From contig CAXHJY010000669.1 in NCBI GenBank assembly GCA_964016885.1, forward strand, positions 1 to 64,000: a stretch of DNA of 64,000 nucleotides. Reading direction: 5' to 3'. Both the position numbers and the translations under genes were made by a program. This document shows, one piece after another, positions 1-12,809 of this stretch. Below the pieces are notes generated by a model, which worked only from the letters and a program-made list of their open reading frames with translations, had not been told where the DNA came from and did no database searches. Position 1 is the first letter of the stretch. Every line of letters starts with the position of its first letter. Source of the DNA: Eledone cirrhosa. Lineage: Eukaryota.

Positions 1-1313
1 GCACTAAGCTACAGGCACATTTCAGCCGAACGCCACCGGCTCCGGACGCCCCAGACCCGTTTCTCGCCCTGGGCCGACGACCATCTTCTTGGACGCCGCC
101 CCAGGGCAATTTAGCACCCTGGACGCCTTCGTCGATGCCAGCCGTAGCGCAGTAAATCGTTTCGACTTCCGCCACCGTTCCAAACGGCACAACATCTCAC
201 GGGGGCGAACTCCTCGCTCTCCGCTCCCTCCGTAGCCGAGATGACATCGTCATCAAACCGGCGGACAAGGGAGGCGCCGTGGTGTATGGCGCGCGGACCT
301 CTACACGGCTGAAGCCCTCAGGCAGCTCTGTAACCCCCTCTTTTACTGCCCTCTACCCTCCGATCCACCCCCCTCTACCAACAACAAGTCTCCTCCACCA
401 TCAAAGACCTTATCGCCTCCTCCCTCCTCCCGCTTCCCACCTCATCGTCCGCACCCCCCGCACCCCCACCATCTACTTCCTCCCCAAACTCCACAAACCC
501 GACAACCCCGGCCGCCCCCATCGTCTCCGCTTGCAACTGCCCCACCGAACTCATCTCCGCCTTTCTCGACTCCCTCCTCGCCCCCATTGTCACCACCCTC
601 CCCTCCCACATCTCTGACACCAACCACGCCCTGCGCCTTTTCGACTCCTTCACCTACCTACCCGGCCCTCAGCCATTCCTCTTCACCCTAGACATCAAGT
701 CCCTCTATACCGTCATCCCCCACGCCGACGGCCTTCGCGCCCTCAAACACTACCTCGACCTTCGCCCCTCCCCCATTCCCTCCACCCCCCACCTCCTTCG
801 CCTCGCCGAGCTGGTCCTCACCCTAAATTGTTTCTCCTTCTCGGGTGAGTTTTACCAACAGGTCACGGGGGTAGCCATGGGCACAAGAATGGGCCCGAAC
901 TATGCCAACCTTTTGTTGGCCATGTTGAGGCCCAAATCTTTGCCAGTACACCGGCCCCACGCCCGAACTGTACGGTCGTTACATTGACGACTGTATCGGA
1001 GCCACGACCCTCACCCCGAGAACAGCTCGACTCCTTTCTCTCCTTCTTCTGCTCCTTCCACCCCTCCCTCCACTTCACCACCTCTATCTCCACCACCCAC
1101 GTCCACTTCTTGGACATCTCCGTCGCCTTCGACCCCTCCCACCACTCCCTCGTCACCTCCGCCTTCTTCAAACCCACCGACTCCCACTCTTACCTCGACT
1201 TCACCTCTTCCCACCCCACCCACACTAAACTCTCCATTCCCTACTCCCAACTTCTCAGGATCCGCCGCCTCTGTAGCCGAGATGCTGACTTCGAGTCCCA
1301 GGCCTTTCCCTAG
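1..1313 (+). pseudogene. Penelope-like element (PLE) reverse transcriptase, Neptune-like, frameshifted
   Basis: Translation across frameshifts gives PLE RT motifs in order: DDIVIKPADKGGAVV, YFLPKLHKPDNPGRP(IVS), FTLDIKSLYTVIPH, LVLTLNCFSFSGEFYQQVTGVAMGTRMGPNYANL, RYIDDC, FLDI, KPTDSHSYLDFTSSHP, SIPYSQLLRIRRLCS. The element runs off the window start. Confidence 0.92.
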
Positions 1314-2477
1314 TCAGCCATTTCCTCCCCTCTTCTCCTCCTCCCCCCTCCTTATCATACGCACACACACGCACCCACTTACACCACCTACCCCACACGC
1401 AACTAACATCACTAACACCCTCCAACCCCACGCACACGTACCCACACACCCTCGTACACCACCAACTCTACACACCCTACCCCACTAACCCCTACTCACA
1501 CCTGCATTCCACCCCTCCCCACCTCCCGTATACTAACACCACTAACACCTCTTCACCCAACTACACACACACCAGTACACCACACTCCCTCCATAGAACC
1601 ACACACACCCTTCTCTCCCCGCCTCCACACTCACTCATCCCACTAACACCCCTACTAATACACACACACACACACACACACACTCCTCACTCCAACTCTC
1701 ACACCTACCCATCCTCGCCTCCCTACCATTCTGCCGACTGCTGCTATGCCTTCCGACCACTGTCTCAGAACCAACTGACCACAGCACTTCCACTGCTGAC
1801 CACTTCCTGTTGCGCGCGCACCCCACATCTCTCCTCTTCCGACCACCGCTTCTTGGATTACCCACACGCGTTTTGACTTCTAACCAAAATCTCCATACAT
1901 CCGTGTAACTTACCACTTTTCAACCATCCGCTTACACCATCACCTATATAACTCACCCACACACACACACCCCAAAACAATTTTTTTATCCACACGCCAC
2001 CCACACACACGTGCTTCACACCACATATTTACACCCTCAGCCCCCTGATTCCTCTCCCCCCACCCCCCTATCCACACACGCACAGACCCTCCGACCCACA
2101 AAACACCCCCCCACACACACCTTCCTGAACATGCAACCCCGTTCTTCCCCCAACCCTCACTTTCACATACACACACACACACGCACACACACCACCTTCA
2201 GCCCTCCCCGCTCGGACACCCCCGTCTCCCTCTCCCCACTCCACCCGCCACCACCTCTACTCACCCCACACCCTTCCACCACCTGTTTACCCCCTTTTAA
2301 TTTCAGTTTATTTGATCATGCCTTTATTTTAAATTTTCTCATTCCTTGTATTTTGATCATGCTTTATTTTTATTTATTATTTATTATATTTTTGTCTTTA
2401 TTTGTTGATTTTTCATTCGCACCGTTTCCTTTCGCTATATGTCTCTCCACCACTCCCCTACACACCTTTTGAACTCT

Positions 2478-2512
2478 CACCTGAGGAAGGGCTTATGCCC
2501 GAAACGTCGTCC
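2478..2512 (+). ncRNA. Minimal hammerhead-ribozyme-like motif in the PLE 3' region
   Basis: CTGAGGA (2481-2487), A, hairpin GGGC-ttat-GCCC, GAAACGTC (2501-2508), with AATAAA about 40 nt downstream. Stem I pairs only about 2 bp, so it may be degenerate. Confidence 0.55.
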
Positions 2513-2597
2513 CCGACCTACCCCCCACTCTCCTGAGCGTGAATTTAATAAACATTTATCGTACTGCCTCTCTGTTCTGTCCCTGTTCAATTTTTCA

Positions 2598-3503
<906 letters not shown>

Positions 3504-4394
3504 GACACACATAATTAGAATGTATGTTACAGAAAGGAATGTAGTGTTAGAATTAGAGATAAGTTTGGTTGAATTCAAATATGTGAAGGTGACTTAGTTG
3601 CAATTGTAAATTGTATTAGAGAAAGTTACTATGCTTGTACATCCCTGTCTCCATACAATGTGAGTAATTCAATAAACACATGTTATAAACTCTAATATGA
3701 TAATGAATGGAAAGATGCTTAATTGAATTACTATTGCTGTCTTATGTCTAGGGTGTATATCAATAGAAGTATATATCACCTCCAGCCAGAACTGCTGGCA
3801 TGCTCTGAAATAAACATGGTGACAGGATGATGAACAGAAGGAGAAATAAGAAGTTCATTGGATAGAGAGGGATGTAATACAAGGATAAGAGACTGTGAAA
3901 GATAGATGGGAAACAATGAGAGCAAAGAGGCAGGGATGGGGGTGAGGAGAAAAGAGGCATAAGAAAAAATAATAGCAGGATGAGAGAGTAGAGCAAGTGA
4001 AGCAGAGAGAAGAAAAGGGAAGAGGGAACAACTGTATTTGTATGTGCATGTTATGAGGTATTAATACATTTATAAACATATTCCTGAGCAAGTAATATAA
4101 AATGTTTTCTTTTTCTCTTGCTACAATATAATTAAAACTTCCCACCCACCCCACCCCACACTGCGCCACCCACTCCCTGCCTAGTAATCAATGATATGAC
4201 CTTGATCTAAATTTGCTATTTGTCAGCCAGTGTAATCTTCTTGGTGGTGTAGAAATTTATAAGCTATGGTGGCTATAAGCTATGGTTGCTAGCTTAAAGC
4301 AAAGGAAATGCTTAGATTGAATGATGGTTTGGGAATGTTATAGGATGATTTAGCTGTGTTATTAAATGGCTTGATGAAAACTATAAGATAACTA

Positions 4395-5190
4395 GGCAAA
4401 GATTATCAGATGGATAGACAAACATTATGAGATGGATGGACAGACATTATGAGATGGATGGACAGACATTATGAGATGGATGGACAAACATTATGAGATG
4501 GATGGACAAACATTATGAGATGGATGGACAAACATTATGAGATGGATGGACAAACATTATCAGATGGATTGGACAAACATTATCAGATGGATTGGACAAA
4601 CATTATCAGATGGATTGGACAAACATTATCAGATGGATTGGACAAACATTATCAGATGGATTGGACAAACATTATCAGATGGATTGGACAAACATTATCA
4701 GATGGATTGGACAAACATTATCAGATGGATTAGACAAACATTATCAGATGGATTGGACAAACATTATCAGATGGATTGGACAAACATTATCAGATGGATG
4801 GACAAACATTATCAGATGGATTGGACAAACATTATAAGATGGATCGACAAACATTATCAGATGGATCGACAAACATTATCAGATGGATTGGACAAACATT
4901 ATCAGATGGATTGGACAAACATTATCAGATGGATTGGACAAACATTATCAGATGGATGGACAAACATTATCAGATGGATTGGACAAACATTATAAGATGG
5001 ATCGACAAACATTATCAGATGGATTGGACAAACATTATCAGATGGATGGACAAACATTATCAGATGGATTGGACAAACATTATCAGATGGATTGGACAAA
5101 CATTATCAGATGGATTGGACAAACATTATCAGATGGATTGGACAAACATTATCAGATGGATTGGACAAACATTATCAGATGGATGAACAA
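4395..5190. repeat. 22/23-bp minisatellite (GGACAAACATTATCAGATGGATT), about 35 units
   Basis: Direct tandem units. The 22-bp ATTATGAGATGGATGGAC variants cluster at the left end. Confidence 0.97.
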
Positions 5191-5289
5191 AATAAAATGG
5201 GCTTAAATAAGTTATGTTATGGGAAGAAATAATGGTTTCTCATTTAGACAAGACCAACAATTTTTTTGTTTGGGGGAGGGGGGGGGGGG

Positions 5290-5840
5290 GTAAGTCAATT
5301 AAATCGTGTTACTGGTGCTTTACTTTATCAAACCCGTAAGAATGAAAGCCAAAGCTAACCTAGGTGAGATTTGAACTCAGAACATAAAGGAACATAACTA
5401 TATGTTGCAAAGCATGTTGTCTGACACTGTACCTATACTGCCAATCTATCAATACATACGGGAAGAAATAATTATTTCTACTTTTGGCACAAGGCCAGCA
5501 ATTAACTAGTACATTACTGGTACTTTATTTTATCGACCCCATAAGGATGAAAGGCAAAGTTAACCTCGGCGGGATTTGAACTCAGACCATAAAGGGCCGT
5601 AACTCTTTGCTGCAAAGCATGGCGTCCAACCCTCTACCGATACTGCCAATCCAAAGAAATAATTGTTTCTATTTTTTGGCACAAGGCCAGCAATTACCCA
5701 GTAACTGGTACTTTATTTTATCGACCCCGTAAGGATGAAAGGCAAAGTTAACCTCAACGGGATTTGAACTCAGACCGTAAAGGAACGTAACTATGCTGGA
5801 AAGCATGGCGTCCGATCCTCTACCAATACTGCCAATTCAC
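5290..5840 (-). mobile_element. Three tandem tRNA-derived SINE copies
   Basis: Reverse complement of the family seen at 34-36.8 kb (GAGTTCAAATCCCGCC B-box; AACTTTGCCTTTCATCCTTACGGGGTCGATAAAATAAAGTACCAG core). Copies at about 5290-5455, 5470-5655 and 5660-5840. Confidence 0.88.
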
Positions 5841-6223
5841 AAAGAAATAATGAAGTTGAGTCTCACAGATAAGATGACACAGGATCAAGATAATTAGCAA
5901 TCTGCTGTCCTGCTGACCCATCAAACCACCATCAGCATAGGAAGAAATAGGTGTTAGACCTTCTGATATCAAACTACTTGAAACTGTTCCTCATTCCATT
6001 ATATAAAGTTGTTCATTGTCAAGTGCTTATATTTATCTGAAAACCTTCCATCATAACATTCTCTCCCTCTCTCTTTCAGATCTAGCTGTTGAAACAGCCG
6101 GAGCTCAGCTGCTGGGGTCCTGACTCTTTTCCTATTACCCACTCTACTATTATAAGTATTGAGTACTCTGGTGGGTTATGGTCCTCCTGGTATCTTACCA
6201 TACCCTCTTTGTTTTTGTGTATG

Positions 6224-6272
<49 letters not shown>

Positions 6273-6401
6273 TCAGTATACAAGGATACAACTCACTTCT
6301 AGCACTGAACATCAAATCACTTCTTAAAAACGAGGATGACAGAGTATATATATAAAGACGAAAATGCGAAGTTGAAGATGTTAGGGTCCTTTATTAATTG
6401 A

Positions 6402-6452
6402 GCCGTTATACATATTTCCATGACGATAGATATCGTGATTTCTTCAGACAGC
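6402..6452 (-). ncRNA. Type-I hammerhead ribozyme motif (left arm)
   Basis: Exact reverse complement of the 8036-8086 motif. Confidence 0.7.
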
Positions 6453-8035
6453 AAAAATTGATTAAAAGGTAACATTTCTGAGAGAATTTGGGGTGGAAGG
6501 GAGCGGACTAAAAAAATGTATGTTTTTCTTTGGATGTCTGCTCCCTTCTAACTTTCAGGACATCCCGACAAGTCTGTGCAGACGCAGAGGTGTGGGTGGC
6601 TGACCACTCAACTACCAACCTTATTTGTTCTCTCTAGCTACCAGTCCCCCACCACCTCAGCTATACGGTCAGTGGGAGTTCAAACCAGCCAAATTTGTTT
6701 ACTGCTAACTTTGGTGTCAAGCAGAATTTTAGAGCATTCGTACCCGCTACCCATTTATGGCGGGATAATATACAGACCATCAACGCCAAAGTGAGAAAGT
6801 TACTTATTGCCATGGTTAATATAACTTATCATAGAAAACATTTAAGGTTTCACAACCTGAAAATCAAAAAAATTCTGAATTTCAGACATTAAAAATTAAA
6901 AGTTAGAAGTGTAGAAAACTGACAACAGTCAATATACTAAAAATAATATCTAACTGGCTAAAGGGTATATTCATATTAGGGATTGGGTTCATAACTGGAT
7001 ATTAATTTGTTATGACTCCCCACTAGAAAAAAACTGGCCTCTTATCGAGAATAACAGGCAAAATTTAAAGTATCGAATGTAAGAATTAGATAATCATATA
7101 GTTGGTTTCCCGGTCAATCCGGTAGAGACAAATAATACATTGATAATGAAGATTTAAGGAAAAATATAAGAAAAGGTACAAATGAGTAAGGATAAATGGG
7201 AGAAAGAAATTATAAAGAAAATAAGGGTAAAAAATATATATATAAAGGAAAAAGGAATTATAAAGAGAATGAAGGAAAAAATGTGATAAATGTCTGAGTG
7301 GGGACGAGTTATAGAGAGTCAGTTATATTGACAGTGCTTCGGGTGTTTTGGTCAGTGCAGTTGCAGCCAAGTGAATTTTGCAGGCTGTCCATGGCTATAT
7401 GAGGCAGGATGGGACTCGGAAGGAGATCTCCTTTCCAGGTTTTGGTTTGAGATAAGGGAGTTGCATGGGAAATAAGAGATAGTTGTTGCTTTTGGTTCTC
7501 TCATTAATCCGTTCGAAAGCTGTTCCATAGTAAATTTCCGTCAATCATTGATGTGATGTCCTACAGTTGGGGTATTTCTGGGTGTAGTTTGCCTTACTAC
7601 AATGACCAAACTTTTTAGATTTTTGGGTTGTTAAACCTTAAATATTTTCTATGATAAGTTATATTAACCATAACAATAAGTAACTTTCTCACTTTGGCGT
7701 TGATGGTCTGTATATTATCCCACCATAAATGGGTAGTGGGTACACATCCACTGAAATTCTGCTGGACACCAAAGTTAGCAGTAAACAAATTTAGCTGGTT
7801 TGAACTCCCACTGACCGTATAGTGTGGTCAGCTGAGGTGGTAGGGTACTGGTAGCTAGAGAGAACAAATAAGGTTGGTAGTTGAGTGGTCAGCCACCCAC
7901 ACCTCTGCATCTGCGAAGGGCTGTCGGGAGGTTCTGAAAGTTAGAAGGGAGTGGACATCCAAAAGAAAAACATCTTTTTACTCCGCTCCCTTCCACCCAA
8001 AATTCTCTCGGAAATGTTACCTTTTACTCAATTTT

Positions 8036-8086
8036 GCTGTCTGAAGAAATCACGATATCTATCGTCATGGAAATATGTATAACGGC
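8036..8086 (+). ncRNA. Type-I hammerhead ribozyme motif (right arm)
   Basis: Stem I GCTGT/ACGGC; core CTGAAGA (8041-8047); stem II ACGATA-tc-TATCGT with mismatches at its base; GAAA (8070-8073); short stem III TATGTA; NUH triplet ATA (8079-8081); AATAAA just downstream. Confidence 0.7.
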
Positions 8087-8164
8087 TCAATTAATAAAAG
8101 ACACTAACATCTTCAACTTCGCATTTTCCTTTATTTATATATATATATATATATATATAAATAT

Positions 8165-10685
8165 GCTTGGAAAGCATGGCGGGATGGGGGAAGTAGAGAA
8201 GACTATCAAGTGGCCAGGAGGGAAGCTAGGAGACAAGTGTACTTCGCAAGAAGGGAAGCAGAGGAAAGAAAGTTCAAGCATGTTCTACAACGTGAGGACC
8301 AAAAACGTGAGGTGTTCAGGATTGCCAGGCAATGTGTCAAGGAAAACCGTGATATTGTCGGGGTGAAGTGTGTACTTAACGATGATGGCATACTTGCCAT
8401 CACCGACGCTGATAAGAAGGTAGCTTGGAAGTGTCACTACGAAAGGCTTCTAAATGAGGAGAACAAATGGGAGAAAGACAGTCTCCCCCACATCGACCCA
8501 ATAGAGGGACCAGCAGTGTTAGTCCAGGGTAGTACAATAAGCAAGGCAATCAAAGATATGAAGATGGGTAAGGCGGCTGGTCCTTCGGAAATAGTTGCTG
8601 AGATGATGAAGGCATCTGGTTCGGTGGGACACACCATGGTCACCTGGATAGTTAACCAAGTCGTACAGAATGGGGTTGTTCCGAAGGACTGGCATAGCAG
8701 CATCATCGTTAACTGCTATAAGGGCAAAGGAGATGCCCCTAGATAGGAGTAACTATAGAGGCATTAAATTAATCGACCAGGTCATGAAGGTCACGGAAAA
8801 AGTAATAGCGCAACTAATCAGAGAGCGAATTGATCTAGATGAAATGCAGTTCGGATTTGTGTCAGGCAAAAGTACCACAGACGCTCTTTTCATCGTACGA
8901 CAACTACAGGAGAAGTACCTACCTAAAAGTAAACCCCTATACTTAGCTTTTGTCGACTTGGAGAAAGCCTTCGACAGAGTCCCCCGTTCCATTATCTGGT
9001 GGTCTCTTAGAAAACTAGGTGTTGACGAATGGCTTGTGAGAGCTATACAAGCCATGTATAAAGAAACAGTCAGTAAGGTTAGAATTAACAACGAATATAG
9101 TGAAGAGTTTAGCGTAAAAGTTGGTGTCCATCAGGGCTCTGTTCTTAGCCCCCTACTATTTATTATTGCCCTTCAGGCTATAACAGAGGAGTTCAAGACC
9201 GGCTGCCCATGGGAACTCCTATACGCAGATGATCTAACGCTCATAGCTGAATCAATGACCGAATTAGAGAAGAAATTCCAAACATGGAAGCACGGCCTAG
9301 AATCAAAAGGCTTTAAAATTAACCTGGCTAAGACTAAAGTTCTAGTTTGTAGGAAAGAAAATAAGGCGGCAGTCCCATCTGGGAAATGACCATGCTCAGT
9401 GTGTAGGAAAGGCGTAGGTAGAAACTTCATTTTATGTCCCAAATGCAAAGTATGGGTGCATAAAAGATGTAGTGGGATCACAGGTAAGCTAACTAAGAAC
9501 ATAGATTTTACATGTGGCCGGTGCTCTGGTGCAATAAGTAGCAGCAAGTGCCCACAAAATACTAGCTCCTTCAACTGCGCAGAGGGTTCTATAGAAATAG
9601 TGGACAGCTTCTGTTACCTGGGTGACAAAATCAGCAGTGGGGGAGGGTGCTCTGAAAGTACAGTAGCTAGAGTCAGAACTGGATGGAAAAAGTTCAGAGA
9701 GCTTATACCACTATTAGCCGCTAGAGGGTTCTCCCTAAAAATGAAAGGCAGGTTATACGATGCCTGCATACGAACAGCAATGCTGCATGGCAGTGAGACC
9801 TGGGCATTGTGTGCAGAGGATATACGCAGACTAGAGAGGAACGAAGCTTGCATGCTCCGCTGGATGTGCAATAGTAATATACGTGAACGGCAAAGCATAA
9901 ACGAACTAAGAAAAAAAAATTAGAAATAAGAGGGATCAGATGTTGTTTACTCGAGAGAAGGCTACGTTGGTACGGTCACGTGATGCGCATGAAAGACGAC
10001 AGCTGTATAACAAAGTGCAGGGCAATAAAGATAGACGGTAGCCACGGAGTAGGCAGACCCATAAAAACATGGGACGAGCTGATAAATTCCGACCTCACAC
10101 GCTTACACCTCTCCAAGACAATGTCACTGGACCGAGACCTTTGGCGGTACTCAGTAATAGAGAAGACCCGCCTTACCTAAATACAAAGTAAAAACCTACT
10201 ACAGTCAGTAGGCATCTCTATCACCCCCCCCCGTCCCGTCCCACCACCTCCACCCCATCCACACCGCCCTTTCAATGTAAAGTTATGTTGGTCCCACAAC
10301 ATCCAGGCCGAAACAAATGAGATCGTGTAGGTGTCACGACAAAAAAACACACAGTCCACGCTGTAAATGTGGCCGTGTAGGCAACACGGTAAAAACCTCC
10401 CAGCCCCACACTGTAAATGTGGTTGGTGTTAGGAAGGGCATCCAGCTGTAGAAAACCCGCCAGACAGTCCACGCTGTAATGTGGCCGTGTAGGCAACACG
10501 GTAAAAACCTCCCAGCCCCACACTGTAAATGTGGTTGGTGTTAGGAAGGGCATCCAACTGTAGAAAACCCGCCAGACAGTCCTATGCGAGCAAGACAACC
10601 ACTCTTGCCTCAAGTGGGAAAACCCCCGTCCAAACCCATGCAAGCGTGGAACACGGACGCTAAACCTGATGATGATGATGATGAT
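8165..10685 (+). mobile_element. 5'-truncated RTE-clade LINE, copy 1 (RT pseudogene plus 3'UTR, (GAT)n tail)
   Basis: ORF pieces 8210-8746, 8670-9389, 9399-9923 and 9980-10180 give NYRGIKL, QFGF, FVDLEKAFDRVPR, GVHQGSVLSP, LYADD, YLG, HGSETW, RWYGH. Disrupted by frameshifts at about 8740 and 9915 and a TGA at 9387. Confidence 0.96.
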
Positions 10686-11814
10686 ATATATATATAGGCA
10701 TACATACACATATATTATATAGGATATAAGATGTTCATTACTTCTACCACTTCTTAAACCTAAAATGTATTTTAGAATTAAGCTTTAAACACACTTTCAT
10801 ATATGGAAATACATTTATTAAATAGTGAATATGAAAGTTTCTTTGCTATGTCTCAATTGTTATTATTTAAATGGTATACCAACCAATCTTATAAATCTAT
10901 AAATATTTATAAACTAATGAACTCAAATCCTGTTCCCAATTTTAGTAATCTTGGTCAGATTCAAGATACATCTTTTTAATATGAAGAGCTTGCTAACACC
11001 CACCCCACTGCTCTTTAATTACTTCCAGCTTGTCTCTTTTCACATTCATATCTTCTCAGAACGGATAATAATTGAAAGTGTATGTATTTTCTTTTATTTC
11101 TTTTATCTATTTTCTTCTATTCATTTATATATTATTTGTGCACATTTGCATAAACCTTCTGAAATGACATTTTCAATTATGGAATAGCCTGGAGACAGCA
11201 TGAGTAGTTGTGTTTCTCACCAAACTTGCATATAAAATAAACTAACTGCTCGATTATAACCAGCTGTGAATGGTTTATATATTGGTAAAGATCAATAGTT
11301 TGTATGCATATTTCAAGCTAGAAATTTGGAAGTATGCAAAAATATTTATTAAGCATCATTAACATCATCATCATCATCATTTAACGTTCATTTTTCCAGG
11401 CTTGCATGAATAGAAAAGGTCTTATCCAATTCAACATCTCAACACTTGTTGCTGTATTTTGTCATCTTGTGTACAATATTCAGCTTCTAGAGTTCAACTT
11501 TCAACACCCTTTCCCATGTTTTCCTCAGTTCCTTCTACTTGGATCACTTGGCATTTCTTTCAATACCATATTTTTAATAAAAGACATTGTTTATTATTTT
11601 CAAAATTATTTGAAAATAATCAAGAATTTATAGGGTTTTAATAAAATAGCTAATTTTCTCATTATTATATTTGTGTGTGGTACATAATTTAATATAGGTT
11701 CTTACATCGAATTAGGATGTGTTTTTTTAGGTAAATATAAACGCTTTAAAATAAAATTTTATATCATAGAACCAGAGGCAGTTTAGATGTTTTGGTGTCA
11801 TTATGTATGAGGCT

Positions 11815-11925
11815 TAATCCCGCCGAGGTTAACTTTGCCTTTCATCCTTACGGGGTCGATAATATAAAGTACCAGTAATGCACTGGGTAATTGCTGGCCT
11901 TGTGCCAAAAGTAGAAACAATTATG
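11815..11925 (+). mobile_element. Partial tRNA-derived SINE (3' part)
   Basis: AATCCCGCCGAGGTTAACTTTGCCTTTCATCC...GTAGAAACAATT, flanked by a direct repeat TTATGTATGAGGCTTAA (possible target-site duplication). Confidence 0.8.
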
Positions 11926-12612
11926 TATGAGGCTTAACAAAAATACCAACAATAACAACAGAGAAAATATATTTTAGCAAAAATCATGTGATTGAAACAG
12001 TATAGAGATATTGACTATGACAACAGAAATATTACTAAAAGAATCCCAAACTACACATGTTGATCTAACGCATTGATTTTCTTGAACACTAACCATGTAC
12101 AGCTAAGATAGAAATAAGAAAACAACATATATATATATATATATATAAAATAAGTAGAAGAAAAAGGAGGAAAGAAAGAAGAAAAAGAAAAAGGAGGAAA
12201 AGAAAAAAAGAAGAAAAAGAAAAAGAAGACGGAGAAAAAAGAAAGAAAAGAAGAAGAAAAAGAGGAAGAAGGAAAAGAAGAAGAAGAAGAAGAAGAAGAC
12301 TAGAGAAATAAAAGAAAGAAATTAACTACACTGCTGTGTGCCTAATTCTTTTAGGGTTTATTTTTCTTTTTTGTATTCAACACCAATTGAATATCTCATT
12401 GATCGGGAAATATTGAGTGTTTGATGGAATTTATGTGCAGTTTGTGGCAGATTTTCACACAGGAAAAATGGAAAATAAAAAGAAAAGTAAAAACAACAAT
12501 AAAAACTAACTGCATGTTGAAGTAATAAAAGAAACTGAAATTTAAAAAAAAATGGAGAAATTTAATTTAATTCAAGAATATAGACAGCAAAACGTGCGCG
12601 TGCGTGTGTGTG

Positions 12613-12790
12613 ATCATTATCATCATTTTATGTCTATTTTCCATGCCTGCATGCATTAGATGGGCTGGGTTGCCATGTTCTGAGGCTAGACACACAGGTC
12701 AGAAGACAGTCTTGCTCATACATTCCATTTTGGCATGATTTCTATGGTTGGATGCTCTTCCTAATGCCAACCACTTCATGACCTATACAA
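12613..12790 (-). mobile_element. SINE-like fragment sharing the RTE 3' end
   Basis: (CAT)n tail plus GGATGCTCTTCCTAATGCCAACCAC, similar to the RTE 3'UTR. Related fragments lie at about 11360, 19430, 24210-24480, 30630 and 33150-33540. Confidence 0.6.
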
Positions 12791-12809
12791 GATTGATATT
12801 TGTATATAT

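Larger units (their letters stand above)
6360..8128. mobile_element. Inverted-repeat element with about 510-bp arms (6360-6871 and 7612-8128), each carrying a hammerhead motif; probable non-autonomous PLE or inverted pLTR structure
   Basis: The arms are reverse complements (e.g. GAAAATGCGAAGTTGAAGATG at 6360 vs CATCTTCAACTTCGCATTTTC ending 8128), with a spacer of about 740 bp and (TA)n on both outer sides. Confidence 0.8.

Noticed and set aside
4395-5190. Common origin of the 23-bp minisatellite and the 23-bp satellite
   Set aside because: Best ungapped match by eye is about 10 of 23 positions (mainly GACAA and GAT), not convincing in AT-rich DNA.
4515-5206. Repetitive ORFs (MDWTNIIRWIGQTLSDGLDKHYQ)n as a protein gene
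   Set aside because: A by-product of a stop-free 23-bp repeat read in all three frames, with no flanking gene structure.
6872-7611. GIY-YIG or RT coding remnant in the spacer of the large inverted repeat
   Set aside because: Only vague similarity (e.g. NPKNLKSLV on the minus strand) with several stops and no catalytic motif found.
12140-12320. Purine-rich tracts (also 17765-17895, 37370-37520) as coding or regulatory features
   Set aside because: Simple (GAA)/(GGGA)/(GA) low-complexity sequence with no supporting context.
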